Source: Candidatus Dormiibacterota bacterium
GTDB lineage: Bacteria > Chloroflexota > Dormibacteria > Aeolococcales > Aeolococcaceae
DNA length: 64,000 bases
Direction: 5' to 3'
Assembly: GCA_963709585.1 (NCBI GenBank)
Contig: CAVPXI010000005.1
Location: forward strand, 128,001-192,000
Shown here: piece after piece, positions 29,457 through 40,692 of the stretch
How the letters are laid out: each line of letters opens with the position of its first letter
Numbering within the stretch: position 1 is the first letter of the stretch
Notes under the pieces: model-generated
What the model was told of the DNA's origin: nothing
Database searches by the model: none
What the model saw: only the letters and a program-made list of their open reading frames with translations
Made by a program: the position numbers and the translations under genes

Positions 29457-29555
29457 GTGGCGTCCGCCCTCACCGGCTACATCGTCTCCGCCGTCATCGC
29501 ATTGCTGGCAGCGATCTACCTGGTTATCGCGCTCGTCGCGCCGGAACGTTTCTGA
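29457..29555 (+). CDS. kdpF: K+-transporting ATPase subunit F, 32 aa
   Basis: MASALTGYIVSAVIALLAAIYLVIALVAPERF*. GGAGG SD. The stop overlaps the kdpA ATG (TGATG). Confidence 0.9.
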   Translation: MASALTGYIVSAVIALLAAIYLVIALVAPERF

Positions 29556-31282
29556 TGATTGCTCTCGACATCATCGCGGCGGTGATCACCTACGCCGCCG
29601 TCGGCGTCGGTGCATGGTTCATCGGCGGGTATATGGTCAAGGTGTACAAGGGGGAGCGGGTCTGGCTCAGCCGCGTCATCCGCCCGGTCGAGCGCGCCAC
29701 CTACAAGATCATCGGCGTAGACGAGCAGCACGAGCAGGGCTGGCTCCCGTACCTCGTCTCTTTGCTTGCCGCAACAGTCGTGAGCATCGTATTCACCTAC
29801 GTTGTGCTCCGCTTTCAGGATCATCTGCCACTCAACCCCGAGAATCTGCCCGGCGTACCGGGCCCGCTCGCGTTCAACACGGCGATGAGCTTCGCGACGA
29901 ACACAAACTGGCAGAACTACTCGGGCGAGACCACGATGAGCTACTTCTCCCAGATCGTGGCGCTCGTGATCCATCAGTTTCTCAGCGCTGCGGTGGGTAT
30001 GGCGGTGGCGATCGTGGTCATCCGAGCGATCGCACGTCGAACCATGAGCACACTCGGCAACTTCTGGGTGGATATCGTGCGCGGGATCCTCTACATTCTG
30101 CTGCCGATCAGCGTGGTGCTCGCGCTTGTGCTCGTGGCCAACGGGTCGATCCAGAACTTCAACAACTACTCGGTGGTGCACACCCTCACCAACGGTGTAC
30201 AAACGATCGCGCAAGGCCCGGTCGCATCCATGGAAGCGATCAAAGATCTCGGCACCAATGGCGGGGGCTTCTTCAACGCGAACGCGGCGCATCCGTTTGA
30301 GAACCCCAACGGATTCACGAATTCGCTCGAGATCTTCATCTGCCTGCTGATCCCATTTGGGCTGGCCATCACGTTCGGGAAATGGGTCGGTCATGTAAGG
30401 CAGGGAATCGCGCTCGGGGCCGTAATGGGAATCATCCTCATCGGCGGCTTCGGGGTCATGGCGTGGCAGGAGCAGCAGGGCAACCCGGCGCTCGTCAGCA
30501 CAGGCGCGAGCCAGGTCTCGACCGCCACGCTTGCCGGTGGCAACATGGAAGGCAAGTCGGCTCGATTCGGTCCGATCCAGTCGGCGCTGTACAACTCTTC
30601 GACCACCGGAACGAGCACTGGCTCTGTCGATGCCTCACAGGACAGCATGACGCCGATCGGAGGGTTGGTGTCGCTGGTGTTCATCAAACTTGGTGAGATC
30701 ACCCCGGGCGATGTCGGTTCGGGCCTCTATGGGATGGTCGTCTTCGCAATCGTCGCCGTGTTCATCGCGGGGCTCATGGTGGGGAGAACCCCGGAGTACC
30801 TGGGCAAGAAGATCGAGGCGCGAGACGTCAAGTACGCTGCGATCGCGATCCTGGTCCTGCCGGCGTCGATACTCGGCTTCTCAGCGATCGCTGTCCTGAC
30901 GACCGCAGGTCAGGCGGGTCCGATCGCGACCCAGGGCACGCCGCACATGTTGTCGGAGATTCTGTACGCGTTCGCGTCGGCGACCGGCAATAACGGAAGC
31001 GCCTTCGCGGGTCTCTCCGGCAACACCAACTTCTACAACCTGATGCTCGCCGGCGCGATGTGGGCGGGCCGCTATCTCTTCCTGATCCCTGTGATGGCGA
31101 TGGCCGGCAACCTCGTGAAGAAGAAAATCGTCCCCGCAAGCGCCGGAACGTTTCCCACCGACGGATCGCTGTTCGTCGCGCTGCTGATCGGCACGATCAT
31201 CATCGTTGCCGCGCTGACGTTCTTCCCGGCAGTCTCGCTCGGACCGATTCTCGAGCACTTCAAGCTCATAGCGGCATTCTGA
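29555..31282 (+). CDS. kdpA: K+-transporting ATPase subunit A
   Basis: Motifs [31 protein letters not shown] and NNGSAFAGL. Confidence 0.97.
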   Translation: MIALDIIAAVITYAAVGVGAWFIGGYMVKVYKGERVWLSRVIRPVERATYKIIGVDEQHEQGWLPYLVSLLAATVVSIVFTYVVLRFQDHLPLNPENLPGVPGPLAFNTAMSFATNTNWQNYSGETTMSYFSQIVALVIHQFLSAAVGMAVAIVVIRAIARRTMSTLGNFWVDIVRGILYILLPISVVLALVLVANGSIQNFNNYSVVHTLTNGVQTIAQGPVASMEAIKDLGTNGGGFFNANAAHPFENPNGFTNSLEIFICLLIPFGLAITFGKWVGHVRQGIALGAVMGIILIGGFGVMAWQEQQGNPALVSTGASQVSTATLAGGNMEGKSARFGPIQSALYNSSTTGTSTGSVDASQDSMTPIGGLVSLVFIKLGEITPGDVGSGLYGMVVFAIVAVFIAGLMVGRTPEYLGKKIEARDVKYAAIAILVLPASILGFSAIAVLTTAGQAGPIATQGTPHMLSEILYAFASATGNNGSAFAGLSGNTNFYNLMLAGAMWAGRYLFLIPVMAMAGNLVKKKIVPASAGTFPTDGSLFVALLIGTIIIVAALTFFPAVSLGPILEHFKLIAAF

Positions 31283-31283
31283 A

Positions 31284-33344
31284 ATGGCAATCGCAACCAC
31301 ACATCACACCAAGCGCCGGCGCACCAGCGTGACGGACCCGGAGCTGTTGATCCCGGCGATCGGCCAAAGCTTCGTGAAGCTCGACCCCCGTCTCATGGTT
31401 CGCAACCCGGTCATGTTCATCGTGGAGATCGGTGCTGTGATGACGACGTATGGATTCGTCGCCGGCGTCATCAGCAGCAGCAGCGACACCAGCTTCGTTG
31501 GCCAGATCGCGCTCTGGCTCTGGTTCACCGTGCTGTTCGCCAACTTCGCCGAGGCGATCGCGGAGGGACGTGGCAAGGCTCAGGCGCAGGCGCTGCGCCG
31601 GACGCGGACCGAGACCATCGCCCGCAAGTTGCAGGGCGGTGTCGGCGGCAAGGAGGCGGCCGTGGCGGCCATCGACCTTCGCAAGGGCGACATCGTCGTC
31701 TGCGAAGCCGGCGACGTGATTCCGAGCGACGGCACCATCGTGGAAGGCATCGCGAGCGTCGACAAGTCGGCGATCACCGGTGAATCCGCGCCGGTCATTC
31801 GCGAGGCCGGCGGCGACCGCAGCGCTGTCACCGGAGGCACGCGGGTCCTGAGCGACCGCATCGTCATCGAGATCACGCAGAACCCTGGCGAGACCTTTCT
31901 CGACCGGATGATCTCGCTGGTCGAGAGCGCCTCCCGCCAGAAGACACCCAACGAGATCGCGCTCAACATCCTGCTTGCCAGCCTGACTCTCATCTTTCTC
32001 ATCGCGGTTGTGACCCTGCAGCCCTATGCGATCTTCTCCGGCGCCTCCATCTCGGTCCCCGTGCTGATCGCCCTGCTGGTCTGCCTGATCCCCACCACCA
32101 TCGGCGGCCTGCTCAGCGCCATCGGGATCGCAGGGATCGATCGCCTCCTCCAGAAGAACGTCCTCGCCATGTCGGGACGCGCCGTCGAGGCCGCCGGTGA
32201 TGTCGACACCCTGCTGCTCGACAAGACGGGCACCATCACGCTCGGCAACCGGCAGGCGACCGAGTTTCTCCCCGCCCCCGGCATCACGATGGAGAGGCTG
32301 GTGCGCGCAGCCGACCTGGCGAGCCGCGCGGACGAAACCCCCGAGGGACGGTCGATCGTGGCCCTGGCGCGCCGGTTCGGCGCCCCTGAGGGAACCGAGG
32401 GTGGCGAATGGACCTTCGTGCCATTCACTGCAGAAACCCGCATGAGCGGCGTGGACCGCGGCAGTGACAGCATCCGCAAGGGAGCCGGTGACTCCGTCGC
32501 CGCGTGGTCGGGCGAGAATACGGTCCCGAACCAGGTCAACGAGCAGGTCGAGGTCATCGCCCGCAGTGGCGGGACACCGCTGCTCGTGGCGGAGAACCAC
32601 GTCGTCTTCGGCACCATCCACCTCAAGGACATCGTCAAGCCGGGTATCGCGGAACGCTTCGCGGAGCTGCGCAGGATGGGGCTGCGCACCGTGATGATCA
32701 CCGGGGACAATCCGCTCACGGCCGCGGCCATCGCGGCAGAGGCCGGAGTTGACGACTTCCTGGCTCAGGCAACGCCCGAGAACAAGCTCGACCTGATCCG
32801 TCAGGAGCAGGCCGGCGGCAAGCTCGTTGCGATGACTGGTGACGGGACCAACGATGCGCCCGCGCTCGCCCAGGCTGACGTCGGCGTGGCCATGAACAGT
32901 GGCACCCAGGCCGCCAAGGAGGCGGGCAACCTCGTCGATCTCGACAGCGACCCGACCAAGCTCATCGAGATCGTGGAGACCGGCAAACAGATGCTGATCA
33001 CGCGAGGCGCTCTGACGACCTTCAGCATCGCCAACGACGTCGCCAAGTACTTCGCGATCATCCCGGCCATGTTCACGGCGTACTCGGCGCTCAAGCCGCT
33101 CTCCGTGCTCAACGTCATGGGCCTGCACTCGGCGCACAGCGCGATCCTCAGCGCCGTCATCTTCAACGCGCTGATCATCATCGCGCTCGTCCCGCTCGCG
33201 CTCCGCGGCGTGCGTTTCCGCGCTGTCGGCGCCGCAGCATTGCTCCGTCGCAACCTGCTCATCTACGGCCTTGGCGGCATCATCGCGCCCTTCATCGGCA
33301 TCAAGATCATCGACGTGATCATCACCGCGATTCACCTGGTCTAG
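31284..33344 (+). CDS. kdpB: K+-transporting ATPase subunit B
   Basis: Motifs [27 protein letters not shown] and [13 protein letters not shown]. Confidence 0.98.
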   Translation: MAIATTHHTKRRRTSVTDPELLIPAIGQSFVKLDPRLMVRNPVMFIVEIGAVMTTYGFVAGVISSSSDTSFVGQIALWLWFTVLFANFAEAIAEGRGKAQAQALRRTRTETIARKLQGGVGGKEAAVAAIDLRKGDIVVCEAGDVIPSDGTIVEGIASVDKSAITGESAPVIREAGGDRSAVTGGTRVLSDRIVIEITQNPGETFLDRMISLVESASRQKTPNEIALNILLASLTLIFLIAVVTLQPYAIFSGASISVPVLIALLVCLIPTTIGGLLSAIGIAGIDRLLQKNVLAMSGRAVEAAGDVDTLLLDKTGTITLGNRQATEFLPAPGITMERLVRAADLASRADETPEGRSIVALARRFGAPEGTEGGEWTFVPFTAETRMSGVDRGSDSIRKGAGDSVAAWSGENTVPNQVNEQVEVIARSGGTPLLVAENHVVFGTIHLKDIVKPGIAERFAELRRMGLRTVMITGDNPLTAAAIAAEAGVDDFLAQATPENKLDLIRQEQAGGKLVAMTGDGTNDAPALAQADVGVAMNSGTQAAKEAGNLVDLDSDPTKLIEIVETGKQMLITRGALTTFSIANDVAKYFAIIPAMFTAYSALKPLSVLNVMGLHSAHSAILSAVIFNALIIIALVPLALRGVRFRAVGAAALLRRNLLIYGLGGIIAPFIGIKIIDVIITAIHLV

Positions 33345-33356
33345 GCAACAAACACC

Positions 33357-34004
33357 ATGGGCAACCTCTCCAAGCAACTCCTGATCGGCCTCCGGCTCAC
33401 CGTCTTCATTGCGGCGCTCGCGCTTGTCTACACGTTCGTCATCACCGGTATCTCGCAGGTCGCCTTCAACAGCAACGCCAACGGCAGCCTCGTGACCGTC
33501 AACGGCAAGGTCGTCGGATCGACGCTGATCGGCCAGAGCTGCCCGCAGGAGACCGTTGCCAAGGACGGGAGCCTGAAGATCACGATCAACAAGATGTACT
33601 TCCAGGGACGTGTCTCGTACACGACCAACGCGAGCACCGGTACCCTCCAGCCGTGCAACGCAGCGAACTCTGCGGGCAGCAACCTGGGCCCGTCCAACCC
33701 GGTGCTCAAGGAGACGATCAGCGCCGCAGTCGCCGCCTACGAAGCAGCGGGCGTTTCCACCCCGGTGCCCATTGACCTGGTCACGTCGGACTTCACGGGG
33801 TTCGATCCGGACATCAGCGAGGCAGCGGCTCTCGCCCAGGTGAACATGGTTGCGAGCGCTCGCGGGTTCAATCGATCCAAGGTCCATGCACTGGTCGAAT
33901 CTCAAGTCCAGGGCCGCATTCTCTGGGTGTTCGGCGAGCCGGTCGTCAACGTGCTTCAGCTCAACCTCGCGCTCGACGCCCAGCAGGCCAGCCTCACCGG
34001 CTGA
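33357..34004 (+). CDS. kdpC: K+-transporting ATPase subunit C
   Basis: Motifs ANGSLV..VGSTLIGQ, YFQGR, SNLGPSN, DPDIS..AALAQ and GEPVVNVLQLNLALD. Confidence 0.95.
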   Translation: MGNLSKQLLIGLRLTVFIAALALVYTFVITGISQVAFNSNANGSLVTVNGKVVGSTLIGQSCPQETVAKDGSLKITINKMYFQGRVSYTTNASTGTLQPCNAANSAGSNLGPSNPVLKETISAAVAAYEAAGVSTPVPIDLVTSDFTGFDPDISEAAALAQVNMVASARGFNRSKVHALVESQVQGRILWVFGEPVVNVLQLNLALDAQQASLTG

Positions 34005-34043
34005 CGCGTTTAGCAGGCTGCGAGCGCGCGCATCATTATCCTT

Positions 34044-36252
34044 ATGACCGACACGCTCGCGACCGGCACGGTGGCCGCCCCGACGACGACTTCTCGTGGC
34101 CATCTACGGGTCTTCCTCGGCGCCACGCCCGGGAGTGGCAAGACCTTCGCGATGCTCCGCGAGGCGCACGACCGGCGCTCCCAGGGAGAGGACGTCGTCA
34201 TCGGCTTCGTCGAGACACATGGCCGCAAGCTCACCGAGCAGGCGATCGGCAGCCTCGAGGTCATTCCCCGCCTTCAGGCCGAGTATCACGGCAAGCTCAT
34301 GGAGGAGATGGACCTGGACGCGATCCTGGCGCGACGTCCGCAGGTCGTTCTCGTCGACGAGCTTGCTCACACCAACGTCCCAGGCGTCCGCCACGCCAAG
34401 CGTTACGAGGACGTCGAGGAGATCCTCATGGCGGGAATCGACGTGGTCACGACGGTCAACGTGCAGCACCTCGAGTCGGTCAAGGACCTCGCTGAGCGCA
34501 TCACCGGCATCCCGGTCCGCGAGACCCTACCCGATCGCGTTCTGGACGATGCTGACGAGATCCAGTTCATCGACATCTCCCCGGAGGCGCTGCGCAAGCG
34601 GATGCGCCACGGCAACATCTACGCCCCCGAGAAGATCGACACCGCGCTCGCCAACTTCTTCCGGCCTGGAAACCTCGCTGCGCTGCGCGAGATCGCGCTT
34701 CGCCTGGTGGCGCAGACCGTCGGTCGCGCCCGCGGCGCCGTCCGGCCTGCTCCACAATCGGTTCTCGTCGCCGTCAGCGGCCGTCAGAGCAGCGGGCCGC
34801 TGATCCGCCGGGCGAGCCGTTTGGCGAGACGATTCGGCGGATTCTGCACCGTGCTCGTGGTGCTGGGCCGGCACGACGACGAAACCGATCGGGGCAGAGC
34901 CAAGTCGAAGGAGCTCGCCGAGCTACTGCAGTGCGGATTCATCGAGCGCGAGGGCAAAGTTGCCGACACGGTCATCGCGGTCGCGCAGGAGCTGGTGGTG
35001 CAGCACCTCGTGGTCGGTGAGGCGGCGCACCCTGGAGTGCGCGGCCGCCTGCATCGGGGGCTGGTCGACCACCTCATCGCCGAGCTCCCGGATGTGAGCG
35101 TGCATGTCGTTGCGCGTCCTGCCGAGGTGACCCGCGACGTACCCCTTGCCGCCAGCGACCAGCGACCCGAACTCGGAGATGCTGCTCCGAGCGCTCCACG
35201 CGAGCGCGAGCCGCTCCGGACTACGGGTCTACCTCGGATACGCCCGCGGCTGCGGCACGACGGTGGCGATGCTCGACGAGGCGAACCGGCGCCACCAGCG
35301 CGGCACCGATGTCGTCGTCGCCGCTGTGAAGACGGACGGACGTAGCCGCTGCGAAATCGCGCTCGGCGACTTGGAGATGCTCGGGGGACGGAGTTCGCCA
35401 GCGCGTGACGGGATCGTCGACGTCGAGGCGCTGCTTCGGCGCAACCCCGAGGTGGCGTGCCTCGACGACCTTGCGGGCGTGGATACGCAGGGTCGCCCGA
35501 TCACCGACGCCGTACCCCGTTTGCTGCGTGCCGGGATGATGCTGATCGCAACCCTGCACCTCACCGATCTCCGCAGCACGGTTGAAGGCATGGGCGCAAT
35601 GCTCGGGGCCCGTCCAGAGCACGTCGTCGATGACGCCTTCCTCGACGATGTGACCGAGCTCGAGATCGTCGACATCACGCCTTCCCTCCTGGACGAACGC
35701 CTCCGCCGCGGTGAGATCGTTCCGGCGAGCGAGGCCGCTCAGGCTCGTGCTCGCGCCTTCCGGCCCGAGGTCCTGGCGTCGCTCCGAGAGATGGCGTTCC
35801 GGATCCTCGCGGAGCACACCGATCGGCGCCTCGTTGCGTACATGCGCGACCGCGGAATCGAGACGCCGTGGGAGGTGAAGCCGCGGGTCATGTTGTGCGT
35901 CCCGCCCCGTCCCGGAATGGAGGACGTCATCGCCAGCACGGCGGCCCTTGCGGCTCGACTGGACGGCAAGATGACTGCGGTCACGGTCCGTGACCGCAAG
36001 CGTTCGGAGCAGGAGATGCAACTCCTCGGCACCTACGCCGCCCTCACCCATCAGGCGGACGGTAGCTTCGTGACACTGTACGACCGGGACCCGGCGAGCG
36101 CTCTCACACACTACGCGCGCAAGATTCTCGCCACCGAGATCGTGGTCACGCGCGGCCGCGGGCGCCGCGGGACGCTCCGCAAGCTCATCGAACTGCTCAC
36201 GGACGTGGACGTCCACATCCTTCCCACGCCCCACCGGGACACGGCCGCCTAA
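34044..36252 (+). CDS. kdpD: KdpD N-terminal sensor protein with tandem [KdpD-N + Usp]x2, no TM or kinase; frameshift near 35170
   Basis: Copy 1: LRVFLGATPGSGKT, LVDELAHTN, TTVNVQHLES and NLAALREIAL. Copy 2: LRVYLGYARGCGTT, CLDDLA and LASLREMAF. Each copy is followed by a Usp-like domain. Confidence 0.85.
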
Positions 36253-37451
36253 GAGCCCGTCGCGGGGCCTGCGGCGCGCTCAGTTTCGGCCGGCTCGGCC
36301 GGAGCGGCTGGGAGGGTGAACGCGAAGACCGCCCCGCCACCACTGTCCGGGTCGTCCAGCCAGACGCGTCCCGCGTGTGCCTCGATGATCCCCCGAACAA
36401 TCGCGAGACCCAGACCAGTGCCCTCCGCACCCGGCTCCTCGTTACGGACGAAGCGCTCGAAGATGCGGTCCTTCATGCTCACCGGGACACCGGGGCCATG
36501 GTCGATCACGCGGGTCACGATAGTTCCGCGCGCACCCGTGGCGACGTGAATCTCGATCGGCGATGTTGGCGGCGCGTAACGATCGGCATTCACGAGCAGG
36601 TTGTCGAGCACCTGTCCGAGCCGCTCCCAGTCGGCGATCGCCTCCAGCGATCCCGGCTCGATCACCACGCGCACGGTTCGGGAAGGGCGCGTCTGTCGAA
36701 GCCGGGCGGCTGCCGCCTCAGCCGCCGCGCCGACATCCGTCGGCTCGAGACGCAGCTCGAGTGCGTGACCCTCGATGCGAGCCAGGTCCAGCATGTCGCC
36801 AACCAGCCGGTCGAGCCTGCGCGATTGCGTAACGATACCGGCAAGGCCGTCGCGAACGGGGTCACTGACGTCGGACCGGCCGAGCAGCACGGTGGCGCCG
36901 GTGAGGATGCTCGCCAGCGGTGTGCGCAGTTCGTGGCTCACGTTCTGGAGGAGCTCACGCCGGATGCGGTCCGCGTCGCGCAGCGCCGAGACCTGCTGCT
37001 GCGTCTGGGCGAGCCGTACGGCCGTGCGCGCCGAGGCTGCCTGCTCTCGATACAACCGTTCCATCTCGGTGTTCGCGGCCACGAGCGTTCGCGAGAGTGA
37101 TCGCGCTTCGTCGATCGCTCGGCGTCGAAGGGCTGCGACGCCCCCAACGGCCCCGGCGGTCGCGAAGAAGATCAGCAGGTACAGGAGGTCGCCCGGGTTG
37201 GCGAGGCTGAGGCTGTAGAAGGGTGGAAACAAGAAGTAGTCCGCCAGGACCGATGACATCGCTGCGGCGACGACTGCGGGGATGAGCCCGGCCAGGAGCC
37301 CGAGCGAGGCGACGATCCCCAGGTAGAGGAAGACGTATGCGCGAGCTTGCGGAGCTGGCAGGTGCGCCAGCACCAGGGTCAGCAGCGGCGGACTCACCAA
37401 CGCGATGGCGATTCCGGCGACCAGCACTCGATCGGTGCGCGGGTGCGTCAC
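36249..37451 (-). CDS. Membrane sensor histidine kinase (DUF4118 + HisKA + HATPase; KdpD C-terminal half-like)
   Basis: ADYFLFPPFYSL, NVSHELRTPL, NLLVNADRY, DHGPG and GTGLGLAI. Confidence 0.9.
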   Translation of the reverse strand: MTHPRTDRVLVAGIAIALVSPPLLTLVLAHLPAPQARAYVFLYLGIVASLGLLAGLIPAVVAAAMSSVLADYFLFPPFYSLSLANPGDLLYLLIFFATAGAVGGVAALRRRAIDEARSLSRTLVAANTEMERLYREQAASARTAVRLAQTQQQVSALRDADRIRRELLQNVSHELRTPLASILTGATVLLGRSDVSDPVRDGLAGIVTQSRRLDRLVGDMLDLARIEGHALELRLEPTDVGAAAEAAAARLRQTRPSRTVRVVIEPGSLEAIADWERLGQVLDNLLVNADRYAPPTSPIEIHVATGARGTIVTRVIDHGPGVPVSMKDRIFERFVRNEEPGAEGTGLGLAIVRGIIEAHAGRVWLDDPDSGGGAVFAFTLPAAPAEPAETERAAGPATGS

Positions 37452-37452
37452 G

Positions 37453-38316
37453 TCAGGATTCGCGCAGCTGCTCGCTCAGCGCGTCGACGAGACGGCTCGA
37501 CGCCGCCTGCAGCCCGTAGTCCGCCATCAGCCTGTTGAGCGCCTGCGGGTCTGCCGGGTAGCGCTCCCTGCTCCCCCGCGGGAGCTCCGCGGGCAGGTCG
37601 GCCACCGGAGGGACCACCTTCATCGCGCGGGTCAGGTAGTCCTGATCGTGCTCACTCAGCCTGCCCGCTTGGAGAATCGCGGGCACGCCACCGAGCTGGC
37701 GGATCATCGACGCTGCGGCCACCGCGCCCACGCCCTTCAGCCCCGGCAATCCGTCTGACGGATCACCGCGGAGCATCGCGAAATCCGCGTAGCGCCGCCC
37801 CGGAATCCCGTATCGCCGGGTGACCTCGGTCTCGTCGACGACGGCCCACCCACCCTTCTCCGGGTAGAGCACCGTGACCCGTGGATCCTCGACGAGCGCG
37901 AACAGATCCCGATCCCCACTGACGATCTCGACCGTGCCGCCGGCCTTGGCCGTCCAGGTGGCGATCACGTCCTCCGCTTCGTACCCGGACACGCCGAGCG
38001 CGTCGACACCGATCGCCTCCAGGAATGCGTCGATGATCGGCATCTGCGGGATGAGCGCCGGAGGTATCGGCTCCGCCACCCGTTGCGCCTTGTAGCCGGG
38101 AATCAAGGCCACACGCCAGTCCGGGCGCCAGTCGGCGTCGCTCGCGACGGCGAGGTGGTGAGGTTGCCTGGTGCCGAGCAGCCGCGTCAGGGTTTCGAGG
38201 AAGCCACGTGCTGCGTTGATCAGCCTTCCATCCGGAGACGTGACCGTCTTGGGGACGCCGTAAAAGGCGCGGAAGATGAGGCTGGACCCGTCGACGAACA
38301 GCCAGTCGCAGGACAT
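37453..38316 (-). CDS. Standalone 5'-3' exonuclease / flap endonuclease (Pol I N-terminal-like)
   Basis: Motifs VDGSSLIFRAFY, YKAQR, YEAEDVIAT, SGDRDL and LRGDPSDGLPGLKGVG. Confidence 0.93.
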   Translation of the reverse strand: MSCDWLFVDGSSLIFRAFYGVPKTVTSPDGRLINAARGFLETLTRLLGTRQPHHLAVASDADWRPDWRVALIPGYKAQRVAEPIPPALIPQMPIIDAFLEAIGVDALGVSGYEAEDVIATWTAKAGGTVEIVSGDRDLFALVEDPRVTVLYPEKGGWAVVDETEVTRRYGIPGRRYADFAMLRGDPSDGLPGLKGVGAVAAASMIRQLGGVPAILQAGRLSEHDQDYLTRAMKVVPPVADLPAELPRGSRERYPADPQALNRLMADYGLQAASSRLVDALSEQLRES

Positions 38317-38405
38317 GGATCGGCTACCGGCACGCGTTCATGAGCGCGGCCATCGTAGCGTCCGCGATCGCGCCACTCGGGGCTCATCTGCGACGCTGGT
38401 GGACG

Positions 38406-38999
38406 ATGGCAGCAGACATCCCGGAGCTGATCGTCGCGGACGCGGCGGCGTGGCGCCTCTGGCTCGGAGAGCACCACGCGAGCCGCGACGGCGTGTGGCT
38501 CGTGCTCGCCAAGAAGGGCGTGGCCCAGCCCACCAGCCTCACATATGCGCAGGCGCTCGAGGAGGCGCTCTGTCACGGCTGGATCGACGGCCAGGCAGCG
38601 CCCGGTGACAGCGCGACGTATCGTCAGCGCTTCACGCCTCGGCGATCGCGCAGCAGGTGGTCGGCGCGCAATGTCGGGATCATCGGCCGGCTGCGAACCG
38701 AGGGTCGGATGCACCCCGCCGGCGAGGCCGAGGTCGAGCGCGCCCAGGCCGACGGCCGCTGGGACGCGGCGTACGGGGGCGCGGCTTTCAGCGCAGTGCC
38801 GCGGGATCTTGCCGCGGCGTTGCGCGCACAACCGCGCGCGCAGGCGATGTTCGACATCCTGACCAGCCAGAACCGCTACTCGATCCTCTTCCGCATCGGC
38901 GGGGCCAAACAGGCGTCGACCCGCGCCCGCCGCATCGACCAGTTCGTCACCATGCTCGCCCGCGGCGAGACCGTGCATCCGCAGAAGCGCACGCTCTGA
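38406..38999 (+). CDS. YdeI/OmpD-associated family protein
   Basis: Motifs WRLWLGEHH, EALCHGWIDG, FTPRRSRSRWS.RN and GRMHPAG. Confidence 0.9.
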   Translation: MAADIPELIVADAAAWRLWLGEHHASRDGVWLVLAKKGVAQPTSLTYAQALEEALCHGWIDGQAAPGDSATYRQRFTPRRSRSRWSARNVGIIGRLRTEGRMHPAGEAEVERAQADGRWDAAYGGAAFSAVPRDLAAALRAQPRAQAMFDILTSQNRYSILFRIGGAKQASTRARRIDQFVTMLARGETVHPQKRTL

Positions 39000-39140
39000 G
39001 GCGCCGCGTCCGCCACGCGAACGGGCGCGGCGCTCCTTAGCCGGGACATCGCAATCCGTTACCGGATGCACAAAGCGGCCTTAACCACGCCTCGATCATC
39101 TTGGGCTCCGAGAAGGCCCGAGTTTCGTTGAGGAGGAGCC

Positions 39141-40667
39141 ATGACCAGACGACCACTGATCACGCTGGCGTTGGCGGGGACGGCCACGATCGCCAGCGCA
39201 TCGCTGACCATCGCACCGAGGGTGAGCCTCGCATCGACGGTGAACCACAGCGCGACGACATCGCCGATCAAGCACGTCGTCGTCCTGTTTCAGGAGAACG
39301 TGTCCTTCGACCACTACTTCGGGACCTACCCGAATGCGACCAACACCGACGGACAGCCCTTCACCGCGAAGGCGGGCACGCCCGCCGTGAACGGGCTGAC
39401 CCCGGAGCTGCTGACCGCGAATCCGAACGGGGTGAACCCGCAGCGGCTCGGCTCGGCCAACATCCTCACCTGCGACCAGAATCACAACTACACCCCGGAG
39501 CAGCAGGCGCTGGATGGCGGCTTGATGGACAAGTTCCCGGTGTACACGCAGGTCGAGAGCTGCTCGCCGCCCGACACAGCACCTCCCGGCCTGGTTATGG
39601 ACTACTACGACGGCAACACCGTCACCGCGCTCTGGAACTATGCGCAACACTTCGCGATGAGCGACAACAACTTCGACACGACCTTCGGGCCGTCCACACC
39701 CGGCGTGCTCAGTCTCGTTTCGGGCCAAACGCACCGTGCGACACCGGCCGTGCTCGCCGGCGTGACCGACAACGGCACCATCTACGGTGACGCTGACCCG
39801 ACCTACGACCAGTGCTCGGCAGGCTCAACCGTCGCCATGTCCGGTACCAACATCGGCAACGAGCTGAATGCACGGCAGATCACGTGGGGATGGTTCCAGG
39901 GCGGGTTCGCTCCGACCGGGCAGAGCAACGGGAAGGTCGTGTGCGGCGCGAGTCACACCAACGTCGGCGGTGCCGCGGTCACCGACTACAGCGCGCACCA
40001 CGATCCATTCCAGTACTACGCCAGCACCGCCAATCCTGCGCACCTCGCGCCGGTCAACGAGGCCGAGATCGGTAACAACGGACAGGCGAACCACCAGTAC
40101 GACCTCAGCTCCTTCTATCAGAGCCTGACCGACGGCAACCTGCCGGCGGTGAGCTTCGTCAAGGCGGCCCGTTATCAGGACGGCCACGCCGGCTACTCGG
40201 ATCCGATCGACGAGCAGGCCTACCTGGTCAACACGATCAATGCGATCGAGCAGTCGCGGTTCTGGAAGTCGACCGCGATCATCATCGCCTACGACAACTC
40301 GGATGGCTGGTACGACCATGTGATGCCGCCGATCGTCAACCCCTCGACCTCTGCCGAGGATGCTTTGTCGGGCACCGGCCAGTGCGGCAACGGGATCCCG
40401 GCCGGCGGGTTCGAGGATCGCTGCGGCTACGGACAGCGCCTGCCGCTGCTCGTGATCTCGCCGTACGCGCGCCAGAACTCCGTTGACAACGCGATCATCG
40501 ACACGACCTCGATCCTCAGCTTCATCGAGGACAACTGGTCGCTGCCACGCATCGGTGGCGGGTCATTCGATGCGCTCGCCGGCAGCATCGACGGCATGTT
40601 CAACTTCTCTCACCCAGTCGCGAGTCGGTTGATTCTCAATCCTGCGACGGGAGAACCGGCAGCCTGA
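39141..40667 (+). CDS. Secreted phospholipase C / acid phosphatase (phosphoesterase family)
   Basis: Signal peptide. IKHVVVLFQENVSFDHYFGTYP, FGPSTPG, DGHAGYSDP, DGWYDHV and RLPLLVISPYA. Confidence 0.92.
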   Translation: MTRRPLITLALAGTATIASASLTIAPRVSLASTVNHSATTSPIKHVVVLFQENVSFDHYFGTYPNATNTDGQPFTAKAGTPAVNGLTPELLTANPNGVNPQRLGSANILTCDQNHNYTPEQQALDGGLMDKFPVYTQVESCSPPDTAPPGLVMDYYDGNTVTALWNYAQHFAMSDNNFDTTFGPSTPGVLSLVSGQTHRATPAVLAGVTDNGTIYGDADPTYDQCSAGSTVAMSGTNIGNELNARQITWGWFQGGFAPTGQSNGKVVCGASHTNVGGAAVTDYSAHHDPFQYYASTANPAHLAPVNEAEIGNNGQANHQYDLSSFYQSLTDGNLPAVSFVKAARYQDGHAGYSDPIDEQAYLVNTINAIEQSRFWKSTAIIIAYDNSDGWYDHVMPPIVNPSTSAEDALSGTGQCGNGIPAGGFEDRCGYGQRLPLLVISPYARQNSVDNAIIDTTSILSFIEDNWSLPRIGGGSFDALAGSIDGMFNFSHPVASRLILNPATGEPAA

Positions 40668-40692
40668 TTCTCGCTGCGATTCATCCTCTTCC

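Noticed and set aside
31758-31790. Kdp[11 protein letters not shown] instead of the usual VDESAITGES
   Set aside because: A single GAG-to-AAG difference in an error-prone assembly. It cannot be distinguished from a base error.
31266-34103. 945-aa minus-strand ORF
   Set aside because: Antisense shadow of kdpB/kdpC caused by high-GC codon bias. No recognisable motifs.
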